Below, one piece after another: positions 50,931 through 64,000 of a stretch of 64,000 bases of DNA. The notes beneath the pieces are model-generated. The model did not search any database, was not told the DNA's origin, and was given only the letters and a program-made list of their open reading frames with translations. The stretch is from NCBI GenBank assembly GCA_051294375.1, contig CM119266.1:18772087-18836086 (forward strand), written 5' to 3'. The stretch is from Paraspadella gotoi (taxonomy: Eukaryota > Animalia > Chaetognatha). The first letter of the stretch is position 1, and the number at the start of each line of letters is the position of its first letter. Position numbers and translations under genes: made by a program.

Positions 50931-51595
50931 ATTGGTATTGATATGTGCAGTGAGACTGGACAATGCCTTCTACAAAGTACCCAACCCAAAATCTAACCCT
51001 AAATAAAAGTTTTGATTCCGAACTCTGTAAGTGCCTCAACCATAACTAAAAGCAATTCTTCCCTAACCCGAACCCTATTTCGATTTTTGGCGGAAATCGC
51101 CATAAAGAAAATGTTTGTTTGAACTTATTTTTCTTCCGCTGAAAGTGGTAAAAAAAAAGATTTATGTCAAATTAAATATGAAATCTTTATTTTATCCTCC
51201 TTCCTAAAATAGTCATATTGATTATTTATTTCTTCCTTATCCCTTTTCTTTAACCCTCTTCTCATTTTCTTTCTCTACCCTCTCTTTCTCGATTCCTGAC
51301 ATCGGCGAGGGTCTTTAACTTCTGGCTCGGTTTTTATGTCCATTTCCTGCGCCGCTGCGCCAGCCAACGTTTTGCCCATAAAACGTGTCAGCTGTCGAGC
51401 GACGGGGAAAGCTCGTGGGCGTTTGGGTGCGTGAGTGCGAACTGCGTTAAAGCGAAGCAAGTTGTTTGCTTGAAACTTATCTGAAGCGGCTGGTTTAGAA
51501 AGAGGTTTAAAAATCTGTGGCTCTTATTCTGAAATTATTATTATTTAAAAATTATAGAGAAATTATTATTTTTGAGAAATTATTATTATTGAGAA

Positions 51596-51644
<49 letters not shown>

Positions 51645-52306
51645 GACTATCATATGGAGGAGGGCGGGCTAAAATTTAAAACTTTTTATGATATGAAAGT
51701 TTTTGCTAAATTGATTACTATAATTACTTTTTAGGTTAATTTATTTTGTTGACACAGCATTTTAATATTTAATAATAAATCAAAAAATCTCAATTTTTTA
51801 AAATTTTTGTTATTTTAAAATGGATTTTATTAAATTTAAAAAAATGAGATAGCAGTTAAAGAGTTTATAATATTTTTTTTTATCTGAATTGAGCTGCTGC
51901 TGCTGCGAGACTCTCCCGTGACTGCTGCTTGACTCTGCAGCTGATCGTCTCTCCTGCCACTATTGGATATTGAGTATTTAATAAAATTACTTTTTTTAAA
52001 TTTATATTTTGGTATTTGGCTTAAATTAATATCAAGTCGATTAAGCAGTGCTCATTGCTCAAACAATGTTCTCATCTGAAGCTGAAATAAACTAGTAATA
52101 CCCAAAATAACTTTTTAAAACTATGATGATAATATGTTACAAATTTAATGGTTATTATTATTATGGAACAATTTTTCAGTTTAAAAAATTTGAAAAAGAT
52201 ATATCTAAATTTTTATTTTATGTATATATTACAATAAAAAAATAACCTTTGAAAAAAAAATATACTTATTTTATTTATAAATGAATGTGTTAGAGGAGGA
52301 TTATTA

Positions 52307-52392
<86 letters not shown>
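52307..52392. repeat. (TTA)n microsatellite
   Basis: Perfect tract; others at about 51598-51643 and (AAT)n at 57911-58024. Confidence 0.95.
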
Positions 52393-52398
<6 letters not shown>

Positions 52399-53319
52399 TT
52401 ATTGGCAGGATGCTTTTCATGATTGACTAAAACTATGCTCTACTGTTTATCTACTAAAATTATTGCCTAGATCTTGTTAAATTTAAGTTGAGTGAGCAAG
52501 CGTGCGAGAGAGAGATATCTATATATATAGAGAGAGAGAAAAAGAGAGATGAAAAGTGGTTGACGCATGTGCGTCAGTATTCGTCTTGAGATCAGCGAAG
52601 AAAATGAAAGGAAAAAATCCCTGTCGGCCGAATGAAAAAACGGCGCCGATTGCGTCGTCGTCGTCGTCGTCGTCGTCAGTCATCTTTTCGCTGGCATCGT
52701 GATGAGTTCTTACGGATCTTGATGAGTCTCTCACTCTCTCTCGCTCTCTCTCTTTATTTGTCTCTCTATCTGTCTCCCACTCTCTCTCTTTAAATTCTCC
52801 TGACGCTGAGGAGGAAAGGGAATAGAGACTTCGCAAATCCCGAAATCGCATCGGGCGTCGGGAGAACGGCGTCTATACTCTTTAGTCTTTAAGTTTATGG
52901 GGTCTTGGGGCGAATGCGTTGACGAGAAGGTGTGAAGTCCATGGAGGAACAAAGAGACAATGTTGGAAAGGCCAATAGACACTTTTGTCTATTTTTATGG
53001 TTAGTATGTGTCATGTATTAAAACGGCTGAATGTTTCAGGTAATTAATCAAATATTTTTTTACAAATTGTTTTTATTTTATGTTCAACTATCACTTAATC
53101 CTATACTAGACATTTAAAATAATTTGGCCTCAGACTAGAGTTGACTGAAATTTACCGAGAAAATTCTTGTCCTTAACTTCTTTCATTTTCAGTCTTTTTG
53201 TTCTTTTTTATAATTAACTAATTGATGAAATATTACGAAATAACCAGACGCACAATGTCGATTGATAAAATAATAACTAATTTCACGATGATTTTCATGG
53301 ACGAATTTTTTTCACCGAT

Positions 53320-53706
53320 TTTCTTTCAACCTCTTTCTTCGACCTCCTTCTTTTCAATTTTCTCCTTTTCAAACATTCCTTTTTTCAACCTCTTTCTTTC
53401 AACCTCTTTCTTTCAACCTCCTTCTTCAACCTCTTTCTTTCGACCTCCTTCTTTCAATTTTCTTCTTTCAACATTCCTTTTTCAACCTCTTTCTTTCAAC
53501 CTCTTTCTTTCAACCTCTTTCTTTCGACCTCCTTCTTTCAATTTTCTTCTTTCAACATTCCTTTTTCAACCTCTTTCTTTCAACCTCTTTCTTTCAATCT
53601 CCTTCTTTCAACCTCTTTCTTTCGACCTCTGTCTTTCAACCTTTTTCAACCCCTTTCTTTCAACCTCCTTCTTTCAACCTCCTTCTTTCAACCTCTTTCT
53701 TTCAAC
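53320..53706. repeat. Degenerate minisatellite (TTTCAACCTCTTTC)n
   Basis: About 14-15-bp unit, with a higher-order duplication visible. Confidence 0.85.
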
Positions 53707-54109
53707 CCGCGACCCCGTTTCGAATCTCTTTTCCGTTCGCAAGTTCGAGCCGGAAATTCATTACTCGGCGTCTCAGCTGTTTTGTGGCTCGCAAAAGCCC
53801 GTCGGTTCAGTGGGCGCTGCAATCACAACCGCCGACAGGGACGCCACCAGCCGCTGCCGCCGCCGCCGCCACCGCAGCCCCCACCGCCACGTCAACGCCA
53901 ACGAAGCAGACGAATTAAAGCGAAATCGCATTCGGTGTACTGAGAAATTGCACCTGCAATTCATGAATCGTCATCATAAGAATATTGCGAGGACTCGGAA
54001 ACTTTTCTATACGTAGGTTGAAAGGTAGGTTAAAGTATCTGATGCTTCGCTTCGGCTATAGAGGCGACGTTTGGCAAGATTTCAAAGGCACGCCGCCAAG
54101 AGTTGTTTA

Positions 54110-54271
54110 GCACAAAGAGAAAATGAGAACGCCACAAAGCGAAAAGGAGAACGCCACAAAGCGAAAAGGAGAACGCCAGAAAGAGAAAATGAGAACGCCA
54201 CAAAGAGAAAATGAGAACGCCACAAAGCGAAAGGGAGAACGCCACAAAGAGAAAATGAGAACGCCACAAAG
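54110..54271. repeat. 22-bp minisatellite GAGAACGCCACAAAG(A/C)GAAAA(T/G), about 7 copies
   Basis: Directly visible tandem units. Confidence 0.9.
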
Positions 54272-55334
54272 ACAAAATACAGAAAGATGATCAGAAATGT
54301 CGGCTTTAATTATGCAGTTGTACCAACCTCATTTCTTGTGAAATAAAAATGAAAAAATAAATATTTTTTTGATTTTTACTATTGTAGAATATATATTTTA
54401 GTTAGTGCAAGAATTTCTCAATTTTTTCAATTTTTCCAATTTTCCAATTTTTTTCAAAAATTCTTTGTAACTGTAGAAGTCCTGAAGAAAGTGATCGTAA
54501 AAGACATTTTTTCAGCCATGTAAAATCGTCAAGCAAAGCAAGTCCTACAATTTAACTGAACTAAACTAATCTTGAGAGAGAGTTTACAATTTTTTAAATC
54601 AATAATTGTAGTCCGGTCCGCTGGTTCGCATTATTCCCTTTTCTAAAACTGTCCCACGAACAAGAGAGTCAGAATATTGTTTTCTCTTTGGGTTTTATAC
54701 CAGGAAAAGCAAAACTTACGATCTTCGTAACGAGGAAGCCACGTCCAAAACGTGATGGCTTAAAATTGGTATCGTTTCCTCCCAGTTTTCTTGTTTTTTG
54801 TTGTTGAGCCTAAAGAAGTCATAATTATCCGCACTTGTCCTTATTGTTAAATTGAAAATGACGTTATACTGCTGAGATTTAAACTAAGTATATAGACTCG
54901 AGTGTAGTTGTAAATTTTAAGCTTTAAATAGCGAGAATCTGTTTAGAAAATTTGAATTCGATTAATTCGCGGACCTATTTTCAACCCAAATTACACTTTT
55001 TTAATTAATATCTCTTTTAATTCATCTTTAAAAACCCTAATTTTTAGGTCTAGATTTTTATAAAATGAAAAAAGAGACTTGGGGGGGGGGAATTCAGAAA
55101 AATTCAGAATGACTTATTTTCTCATTTAGTCCTTTCTTAAATTCGAAGTCACAAATTCTTTCTTTTCACAGTTGAGGAGAACCATTTTTGCTTTTAAAGT
55201 TAAAGTACGTAAAAATATAATAAATAATAATAATAATAAATAATTTCAATATTGCCTGTATTTCCCGCACTATCAATAAAACTGACCAGTGACCAAATGT
55301 CATAATCACGTAAACAGAATCGTTTTGCCTCTCG

Positions 55335-55441
<107 letters not shown>

Positions 55442-56399
55442 TCCTCACTGCGGAAAAGGTTAATAGCCATATCCGATCAAATCTACATTTTAGTATGTAC
55501 AGAGTTTTACAAATCTATCATGAGCATGGATAATAGGTAAAGGGTACAAGGTAACACACTTAAACGCGCCGCTAGACATATTTTAAGTTGCGCCACGAGT
55601 ACTCGCGGAGCAACAATAAGTCACTTTTCGGATGGTTAAAGTTAAGTAAAATATATATATTCTCACATCTGGTTAATCAAATTACTAACAAAATAATGAG
55701 AGGGGATATGCCAATTATGTGTACACTACATTTGTACAAGCTATCTTAATCTTCCTTTAAAATTTCGAATTTTACAAACAAACTTCTACTTTTCCCGAAT
55801 TATATAGAGTTTTAAAATATTAAATATTTTTGTCCATTCAAAGTTATCTTAAACATGTCCAAAATCTTATTTGTCCTTAACCATTGAAAACGGCTACGAC
55901 TTCGCGGTTAAACCTAAGGGGTTATTGATCGATCTCGTTTTCTCCTCTCCATGGCCTCGGGTTATGATTCCCATAAAATGTAATTTCATAAAATTCCTTC
56001 CGCGAGACGCGAATAAGAGAGAAGAGATGCAGAATTCGTGGTTTTTCCGTTTTCCGTTTTTTTTGGTCGAATTTCGTGTTTTTGCGATTTGTGAAAGAGC
56101 GTCTGGTAAAAAGCCAGAAGGGGAGGGGGTGTGATTGTCAGTATCGGTATCCGTGGTCCACTGGTCCGGAAAAGGCTGTGAAAACGGTGACGGTGTCCGT
56201 GAAGTCGTCGGCGTCCATGTCGGCTTCAATTAATAGCATCGAGTTTTGATTCGAGTGGCGTTCACAGCGAAAAAGAAACAACTAAGCGTGATACGGCACT
56301 CAGTTGTTTGCGGCGATCACCTGGCATCACATATATGAGAAATACGCATACCATACTACCTAATCTTACTACTAAGTACCATTTAAAACGAGGTAGTTA

Positions 56400-56720
56400 T
56401 TATTAGCGATTAAAACCCGACCGTGATTTCTGGGTTCGAATCCTGTGGTTGCCCGTTTCGATGGCAAAACTCGCTAGTGGCAGGAGGCGACCTCGTATGG
56501 TCCTAAGCCCCCAGTGCTGACCGGCGAGATGACCAAGGTCCGAGCATCAGCTGAGTTTCAAGTATGCCACGCCACTTTCTTGTCTTGGGTTTTCGGGCAT
56601 GGCGATCAATGCCTTCAACCTTGGCGCGCCATTTAAAGCCTCTGCCCCACCTAAGTTGCTCTCGCTTGGTCCCGAGGCTCGTTCACTCCAAACCATATGG
56701 CGGAGGTATTTTATGAAATA
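56400..56720 (+). mobile_element. Possible tRNA-derived SINE
   Basis: Perfect B-box GGGTTCGAATCC at about 56432-56443 heading a GC-rich block; no complete cloverleaf. Confidence 0.4.
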
Positions 56721-57429
56721 ATAAAAATCCTCTGCTAAGAATAAACCGTGATGCCCAGCTAGCTGGGTAATCTCACTATAATCTCACTTGCTGCGTTGGC
56801 AAAGCATCGTCATGCAGGGGGTGACATGACATAACATGACAATTTAGTTTTTTTGTCGCGGTTCTTGACTTTAAATTATTTTTTCTTCTTTTTTTATCTT
56901 TTATTTCGTATCATTTTCTCTTTCTTTTCTTTTCTTTTCTTTTTGTTTTCTTCTTCCCTTCTTTTCTCCACGAAGCTTCAATTTCCTTCAGGATTTCGTT
57001 TCCACTCTTGTGATTCCAATTCCCCTTTTTTCTCTGACGTTTGACGTGAGAATTTGATCTCAAGGAAAAAGCGCGGGAGACTGTGAATGACTGGTCCACT
57101 TTATAATGGATTAGGTTATTGTTGTATATTTTTATAAATAATCCTACGTAGTATGTTTATATACAGTAGCCGCTGTTTAACTGGATAAACTGGGGACACA
57201 GTGAAGTTACTGACTTTTAATTTAAGATTTTAAGAATCCATATTTTTTTTTCCTCCCTCAAAATGGAGGAATTTGCCATCTCCTTGTTCCGAACTTCATG
57301 CGATTAAAAAAAAAAAACCTTATCCATAAAACAGTCACTATTTTTTTTTGAACAAAAATGCATCATTGAGTATTAATTTTTTAAAAATTCTGGTTCTGTT
57401 GGATAATATCCAATGGATATCTTGGTATT

Positions 57430-57626
57430 TAAATATGAACGGTGATTCCAATGTGTTGCTCCGGGAGTACTCGCTTAAGAGACCCAAGAATTTTTAAATT
57501 AGGGAGTAATAAGCAATTCGTAGTAGGATTTACAAGTGCATTTTTTAATATTATTTTTTTTAATATTTCGTTTCAAATAGACGAATAATTTTTTACTTGA
57601 GGAAATCCATAGTGAAAATGATACAA

Positions 57627-57675
<49 letters not shown>

Positions 57676-57917
57676 GACACGATAAAGCGCCCACATTGCG
57701 ACTCTTCATATTTCATTCTTTCCTCACTTTGCGTTGGATTCATCTTCATGACAATAAGAATGTTAATGCCACATCTACCCTTCCATACTTAGTCATACTT
57801 CGCCCAACCATTCCCACACTTCTGTTATCATAAATTTCCTAATCCTCACATTCGCTCCCGCAACTTAGACCCATAACTTTCCACAAAATAAATAAAAATG
57901 AATAAAAAGAATAATAA

Positions 57918-57983
<66 letters not shown>

Positions 57984-58075
57984 AAAAAAAAAAAAATAAA
58001 TAATAATAATAATAATAATAATAATTGTTACTTAATTGAGTTGCTTAGCGAGTACTCGCGGCGAAACAAGTTAAT
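57430..58075 (-). mobile_element. Second HINE-like family (GTTGCGCCGCGAGTACTCGCGGAGCAAC hairpin)
   Basis: Hairpin variants at about 55588, 57453, 58039 and 59495. The end motif CAACACATTGGAATCACC at about 59799 is inverted at about 57442. Confidence 0.5.
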
Positions 58076-58567
58076 GTTGTATTAAGTTAATGTTGAATTA
58101 ACAATTAAAGCGTCTTTTTCTCAGATTAACCAGAGACAACATTGAGCGATTTAAGTAATGTTCTCTCTATACAAAAAGCAATAAGCTACGTAGCATTTTG
58201 ATGGATTTTATAGTGTTGGTTTTTTTAAAAAAATAGAACACATGCTCGACTCTCACCCGTCGGGGGTTCAAGATTCCAAAAATTCCCAGATTTTACCCTT
58301 AATTCTTCACTTAATCTTAAACTGTCGATCTTAGAATTCGTCGATCCAAGGTCCCCTGCCCCCTTTAGGAGTCGCCAACTCACGAACCCACGAAGCCTCG
58401 CGAGAATCTCCTTCCATGGCCGCCTTCGCAGTCACGTGTTCATCTCCCGTTACTCAGTCTCGCCTCGTCGTCTGGAAGTCCGAGGCAGGAAAGCGAGCGA
58501 GAGAGAGAGAGAGAGAGCGAGAGAGATAGAGAGAGAGAGAGGAGGGGGGAGAGAGAGAGAGAGAGAG

Positions 58568-58694
<127 letters not shown>

Positions 58695-58789
58695 TAGAGA
58701 GAGAGATAGGACATGGGTCATTATCCTTATTACATATAATCGCCGTCCAGACGAGACGAAAGAAGGGACGAGGAATCGTGCGTTGGCTA

Positions 58790-59256
58790 GGGTGAGTAGC
58801 AGACGATATCACCGTGAAGAGCAGACGATATCACGGTGAGGAGTGGATAATATCACATTGAGGAGCAAACGATATTGCAGTGAGGAGCAGACGATATTGT
58901 TGTGAGGAGCAGACGATATCGGGGTGAAGAGCAGACAATATTGTGGTGAGGAGCAAACAATATTGCAGTGAGGAGCAGACAATATCACGGTGAGTAGCTG
59001 ACAATATCAAAGCAAGGAGCAGACGATATCGCGATGAGCAGACGATATTGTGCTGAGGAGCAGACAATATTGCGGTGAGGAGCAGATGATATCATGGTGA
59101 GAAGTAGACGATATCATGATGAAGAGCAGATGATATTGTGGCAAGGAGCAGAAAATAACATGATGAGGAGCAGAAAATAACACTGTGAGGAGCAGACAAT
59201 ATTGCGGTGAGGAGCAGACAATATTTCAGTGAGGAGCAGAAGATATCACGGTGAGG
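58790..59256. repeat. 22-bp minisatellite GTGAGGAGCAGACGATATC/TNNN, about 21 copies
   Basis: Directly visible diverged tandem units. Confidence 0.9.
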
Positions 59257-61420
59257 GGTGGGTGAGCAAAATGTTAAGACGAGGATATGGCGGCCCAACA
59301 GATGAAGCGAGTGGCAGCCTGCCTGATGAGGTGAGTGGCGGGCCGCCTGATGAGGTGAGGCAACGGATGAAGATGTAATATTGTTGACCAATGAGATTTC
59401 AGAGAAGTTAAAAGGGAATGTTTAGTGGGTAGAAACAGAAAATATGAGAAAAGGAGAACCTGTTAACCAGATAACCAACAGAATCAGAATTTTTAGTTGC
59501 GCCGCGAGAACTCGCGGAGCTACTCTAAGTCACTTTTGGGTTAGTCTGTCGGTCAGTATGTCTGTCCGTCGGTCTGTCTCACTTACGTTAAAAAGGCATA
59601 TAATTCGCCTATTGTTGGTTGCCCAATTGTTAAGACAGAAAAAAACCTCAAATCTAAGCGACTGCTATAAGCTATAAGGAATAAAAGACGAAATTTTGAT
59701 GCAGTGCATGTCATAAATACAAGGGCTAAGAAAGTTTTTTTAGTTATGTCATGTCATGTCATATCGTGTGATCATGTGAAAATAAAGTCCCTGCGGCGCA
59801 ACACATTGGAATCACCATTCTTGTTTAAATAATCACTACTCACTGATTTTGAGGAATAAAAAAAAATCTCGATTCTTAAAATCTTAAATGAAAAATCCAT
59901 CACTTAACTTTGGTCTTAGTGAGCTTATGACCTAAAGGATCAATAAGCTACAAACAAAAGTAAACTAGACCGGTAATTCAAATGTGTTGTGCCAAAGCGA
60001 CGGCCTTATCACGTGTATTTCTCGTGACATGAAACGACATGTCACGAGACATGCGTTTTTGATTTAAAATGCATTTGAAATTTGTTTGAACGTTGAGCCT
60101 GAACAAAATCAATATCCCATAAGAAAGTAGAGAAAGGAGAAAGGAGGTGAAATCAATTTCAAAAAAAACTTTTCAATACCAGAAAGAGAGCAGATGTTCT
60201 TACAAATCTGACAAATCGTTGACATCAAAGCAAAATCGTTATAATGATGTCATGTCAATGCAGCGGCGACGGCGGCAGCGGCGGCGTCGGCGACGGCGGC
60301 GTTAAGTCTGAATCCTGGAGGCGCAAACGTTTCTGTTGGATTCCGGTAACGACTTTCCGAATTAGCTTCATTTTCGCGTCTTTCTCTCCTTTTTTTTTTC
60401 CTGAAGCAGATGAAACAAGAATCACCCAAGCAAACGTTTTTCTTTTTCGTTTTATTTTTCTTTTTCTACTTCTTTTTCTATTTCTTTTTCTTATTTTTCT
60501 TTTTCTTTTTCTCTTCTCCTTGTTTGTCGTCGTGAAAGTCATCATGGTTATCTTTTTCTGGTTTACTTTTTATCTCTCACCATAGTTTAAAGTTTCGGTG
60601 TTAGTGGTTGTCCTATGGACAAAGTTTGTCTTCTCTGTCGCCGTATTCCTTGTTTGTCGCCACTGTATATTACTGTTTTGCTTTGGCCCAAAGTTTGGGT
60701 CCCTGTTTTTCACCGTCAACGTCATTATCGTCTTTGACGTCCCCTCAAAAATTCGGTTTCCCTCGTTTCTGCGTTTTTCCCCTCAAGAGGGCGTAACGAC
60801 TTCGTTAATGGACGAAAAAACCAAACGCAAATTGTTCTTTTGTCCAATGACTCGAAACTCAAAACTTTTTTTTTTTCTATTTCCGTCTTTTTGTTTCTCT
60901 TTTTTTTTTTACGAGCGTGGCGCCGAGTGAAAAGTTTTTCTCTCATTTTAAAGCAAAATGATAGAACTAATGATAGAAAAAGTGAAGGAGAGGGAAAAAA
61001 AGAGAAAAAAGAAAAGAAAGAAAGAAAGAAAGAGAGAAAGCAAGAAAGAGAGAAAGAGAAGTTAAAATGAATAGGAAGCTCGAAAGAAAAGAAAAAAAGA
61101 GAGATTAAGAAAAGTAAATAGTTTTGGAAACATTGACCTTTGACGGGGCGAGAGGGCGAGAGGGTGAGAGGGCGAGAAGGCGAGTGGGCCAGACGGCGAG
61201 AGGCCCCTCGCGAGTCTCACAAGCAAACGAACGTTATGCTGAAGTTTGAGTTTTCGGCATCCATTAGGCGAGAGTAACTCTTCTCTGGGGGAGCGTCGTT
61301 ATCGTCGTTATCGTCGTTGTCGTCGTTATCCTCGTTGCGCTCATCAACTTCGTCTTTCTGAACGTCGTCTTTGGCGTCATCATGACGTTATAACGTTGCC
61401 GTCTTTTTTTTTCTTTTTGA

Positions 61421-61458
<38 letters not shown>

Positions 61459-61623
61459 GCGAAAGGTCAAACAATAATCATCTTTTGAATAAGAAAAAAA
61501 AGTCTGACGAATAAGAAAAAACGTCTGACGAAGCGAGATACAAACATCATTGCACCATTACCGTCTTTCTTTTTCTCTTTCCTTCTTTTTTTTTTCCCTG
61601 GGCCTCGTGTTTAATACTTTTGC

Positions 61624-61673
<50 letters not shown>

Positions 61674-61691
61674 GAACGAGAGAGGAGAGAA

Positions 61692-61723
<32 letters not shown>

Positions 61724-64000
61724 AAGAGGAAGAAAAAAATGATTACTCCCAAGCTGCTGGCAAATGACTTGCGTCATTTTTCGCGTTTTCTAATTCATGG
61801 CCTTTTCTCTCTTTTTCGTCCTCAGCCTCGTTTTCGTCGTCGGCCTCGTTTTCGTCGTCATCGTCGTCGTTTTGCTCATTTGTTCCAACTTTTGTCACTT
61901 ATTCGTTTTGCTCTACTTCGGAAGGGGGAGTGTGGAGAGAAGGAGAAAGAATGGGCGGAGATTAAGATGTAAAGAGATAGAGGGAAAGGAGAGGGAGACA
62001 CGCGTTCGTATTCATTACCCTTTTTAAATTTGTATAAAAACAGGACGATTTGTTTTCATAGTTTTTTTTTTTTTTCAAATTTTTTTCTGAAAAGCAGAAA
62101 ATAAGTCGGCGCACTTCGTCGTCATAATAGTCGTCGTCGTCGTCGACGTCAGACCCTGAATGTCGTTCATCTCATCGACGTCGTCGTCCAAATCTCAAAG
62201 TTTGAAAAGAGTTAATGATTTTGGAAAGGACGGCGTTTAGTTACGCCTCAGCGCCTCCCACTCGGACCATCGCCGACTACGTGGCCCCTTCGACTTAGTT
62301 TAAAAAAGTGGGGCTAAGCTCGATCGGGGCCCCCATACGTTCTGAACGAAAAAAATAGAAAAACAATTGGTATTCATTGCGGTTTTTCGGAGGATGAAAT
62401 TTTTGTATCGAGATTTTCGGGGTTTGAGAGTTGAGAGAAGATTTGGGTCGGCGCTGAATTCAATTCGAACAAAAGACGCTTTGTTCTCGAACCCCGAACC
62501 TTTTGTTTGGCGCGAGGCAAAGATGGGGGAGAGAGAGAGGGACGACGACGACGAGGACGACGACGACGACGACGACGACGAAGACGCGTGGAAATCGATA
62601 ATAAAGTTTTTTGAAGAATAGAATTTATTTTTGTTACGAGGTGACGACGTGTGTAACGAGAAAGAGGAGATTGGGGGTTTGATAAATCGCGGGGGGGGGT
62701 GAGTGTTTGAAAAAGGGGGGAGGGTTGGGGAAAGAGTCATGGGCTTCATTGTTTTTAGGCGGAGAGATGGAAGATCGAAGCGAAGAAAATAAAAAAGGGT
62801 TAGAGGGAGAATTATTTGCTCGGACGCGAAGTTGTTAAAAACGTCACGGAGTTGGGAAGGATAATTGGATCTTAACGCGGGAAGATTTTTAGGGACGTTG
62901 ACGATGACTGTTCTACTTTTATGGGGGAGCATCTCCGGACTCTTTATTTGATATGAAAAGAGTACAATTTTTAATAAAGGCGCATTTGATATTAGAAAGA
63001 AGAGATAAAACCAAAAAAAAAGGCGGACGAATGTCGTAAACGTATCCAACCATTATTTGCAAACACAAAGTGAGGCAACTCGAAATTAATAGTCTCTCGC
63101 ACGATTTTCTTGAAGGGAAGAAAAAAAAAAGAAGAAAAAGAAAAAGAAGAAAAAGAGAAAAAGAAAGAAGAAAGAGAAAGAAAGATCCGAGAGCAACGAC
63201 GCTAAGCTCTTTGTGTCACAATCCGCCATTTCCAATTCTTTCTTTCTTTCTCCCCATCCCGCGCTTTCCACTACTGACGCCCCCTCCCCCCTCTCCCGGC
63301 CACGCGCGCGGGTGTGTCGCTCGCGTGGAGAGAAAGATGCGCAGAAACGAAAGGAGGCCCCGCGCCGTGGACTCCGCTAGGACGGCCTTTTCCCTTCCCC
63401 TTTAATTTCTCTGCCTTTCCTTCCCCTTCCCTTCCCCCTTTCCTTTCACTTCCCTTCTCCTTTACTTTTCCCTCCCTACACTTTCCAATCATTCCTTTCT
63501 GCCTTTCCTTCCCCTTCCCATTCCCCTTTCCCTTTCACTTCGCCCTTCTCCTTTCCTTTTCACTTTCCCTTAACCCGCTTTCGCTTTTCCCTTCCCTTTC
63601 CTGCTTTTTCTTACCTATTCCCTTCCCTTATCCCCTTCCATTCCACTTTCCCGATTCCCTTCCCCTTCCCCTTCCCTTCCCTTAATCCCTTTCCCCTTTT
63701 CCTTCTTTTCCTCTTTCCTTCTTTCCTCTTTTCCTTCTTTCCCCTTTCCTTCTTTTCCATTTTTTCCTTCTTTCTCCTTTTTTCTTCTTTCCCTCTTTCT
63801 CTTCTTTCCTAGCTTTACTTTTTTCCCCTTTACCTTCTAACCCCACATTCCTTTAACTCTATTACGCTTCTCCGCCATTTTACTTCACTCTTTTTCTCTC
63901 TCATTCTCTCTTCTCTCTCTTCCGATCTCTCTCTCTTCTCTCGTCTCGTCTCTCATCTCTCTCTCTCTCTCTCGTCATTCATCTCTCCTCTCTCAACTAC

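Noticed and set aside
53222-54016. 264-aa ORF
   Set aside because: Mostly a TTTCAACCTC minisatellite; no recognisable domain.
58790-59256. CRISPR-like regular repeats
   Set aside because: Units are contiguous with no unique 25-40-bp spacers, there are no cas genes, and the context is eukaryotic.

Overview
AT-rich, repeat-dense eukaryotic DNA, most likely from a non-vertebrate animal; the species cannot be determined from the sequence. Four spliced or intronless genes could be reconstructed by hand, all on the minus strand. Three form a compact co-oriented cluster in pathway order: BHMT (47084-45148), then dimethylglycine dehydrogenase (44733-37975), then an intronless, mitochondrial-type 10-formyl-THF dehydrogenase ALDH1L (37320-34555). 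The stop-to-start gaps are only about 0.4 and 0.65 kb, suggesting a betaine/one-carbon catabolic gene cluster or operon-like unit. The fourth is a 9-exon, divergent SLC16/MCT-like MFS transporter (21046-18242) that the ORF track shows only as fragments. The non-coding part holds a complete TRIM retrotransposon with tRNA-like LTRs, several Penelope-type hairpins carrying minimal hammerhead ribozyme cores, Helentron/HINE-like elements, nested MITEs, tRNA-derived SINE heads, minisatellites and many (CT/GA)n tracts. All gene and element identities rest on motif recognition by eye; no database search was run.
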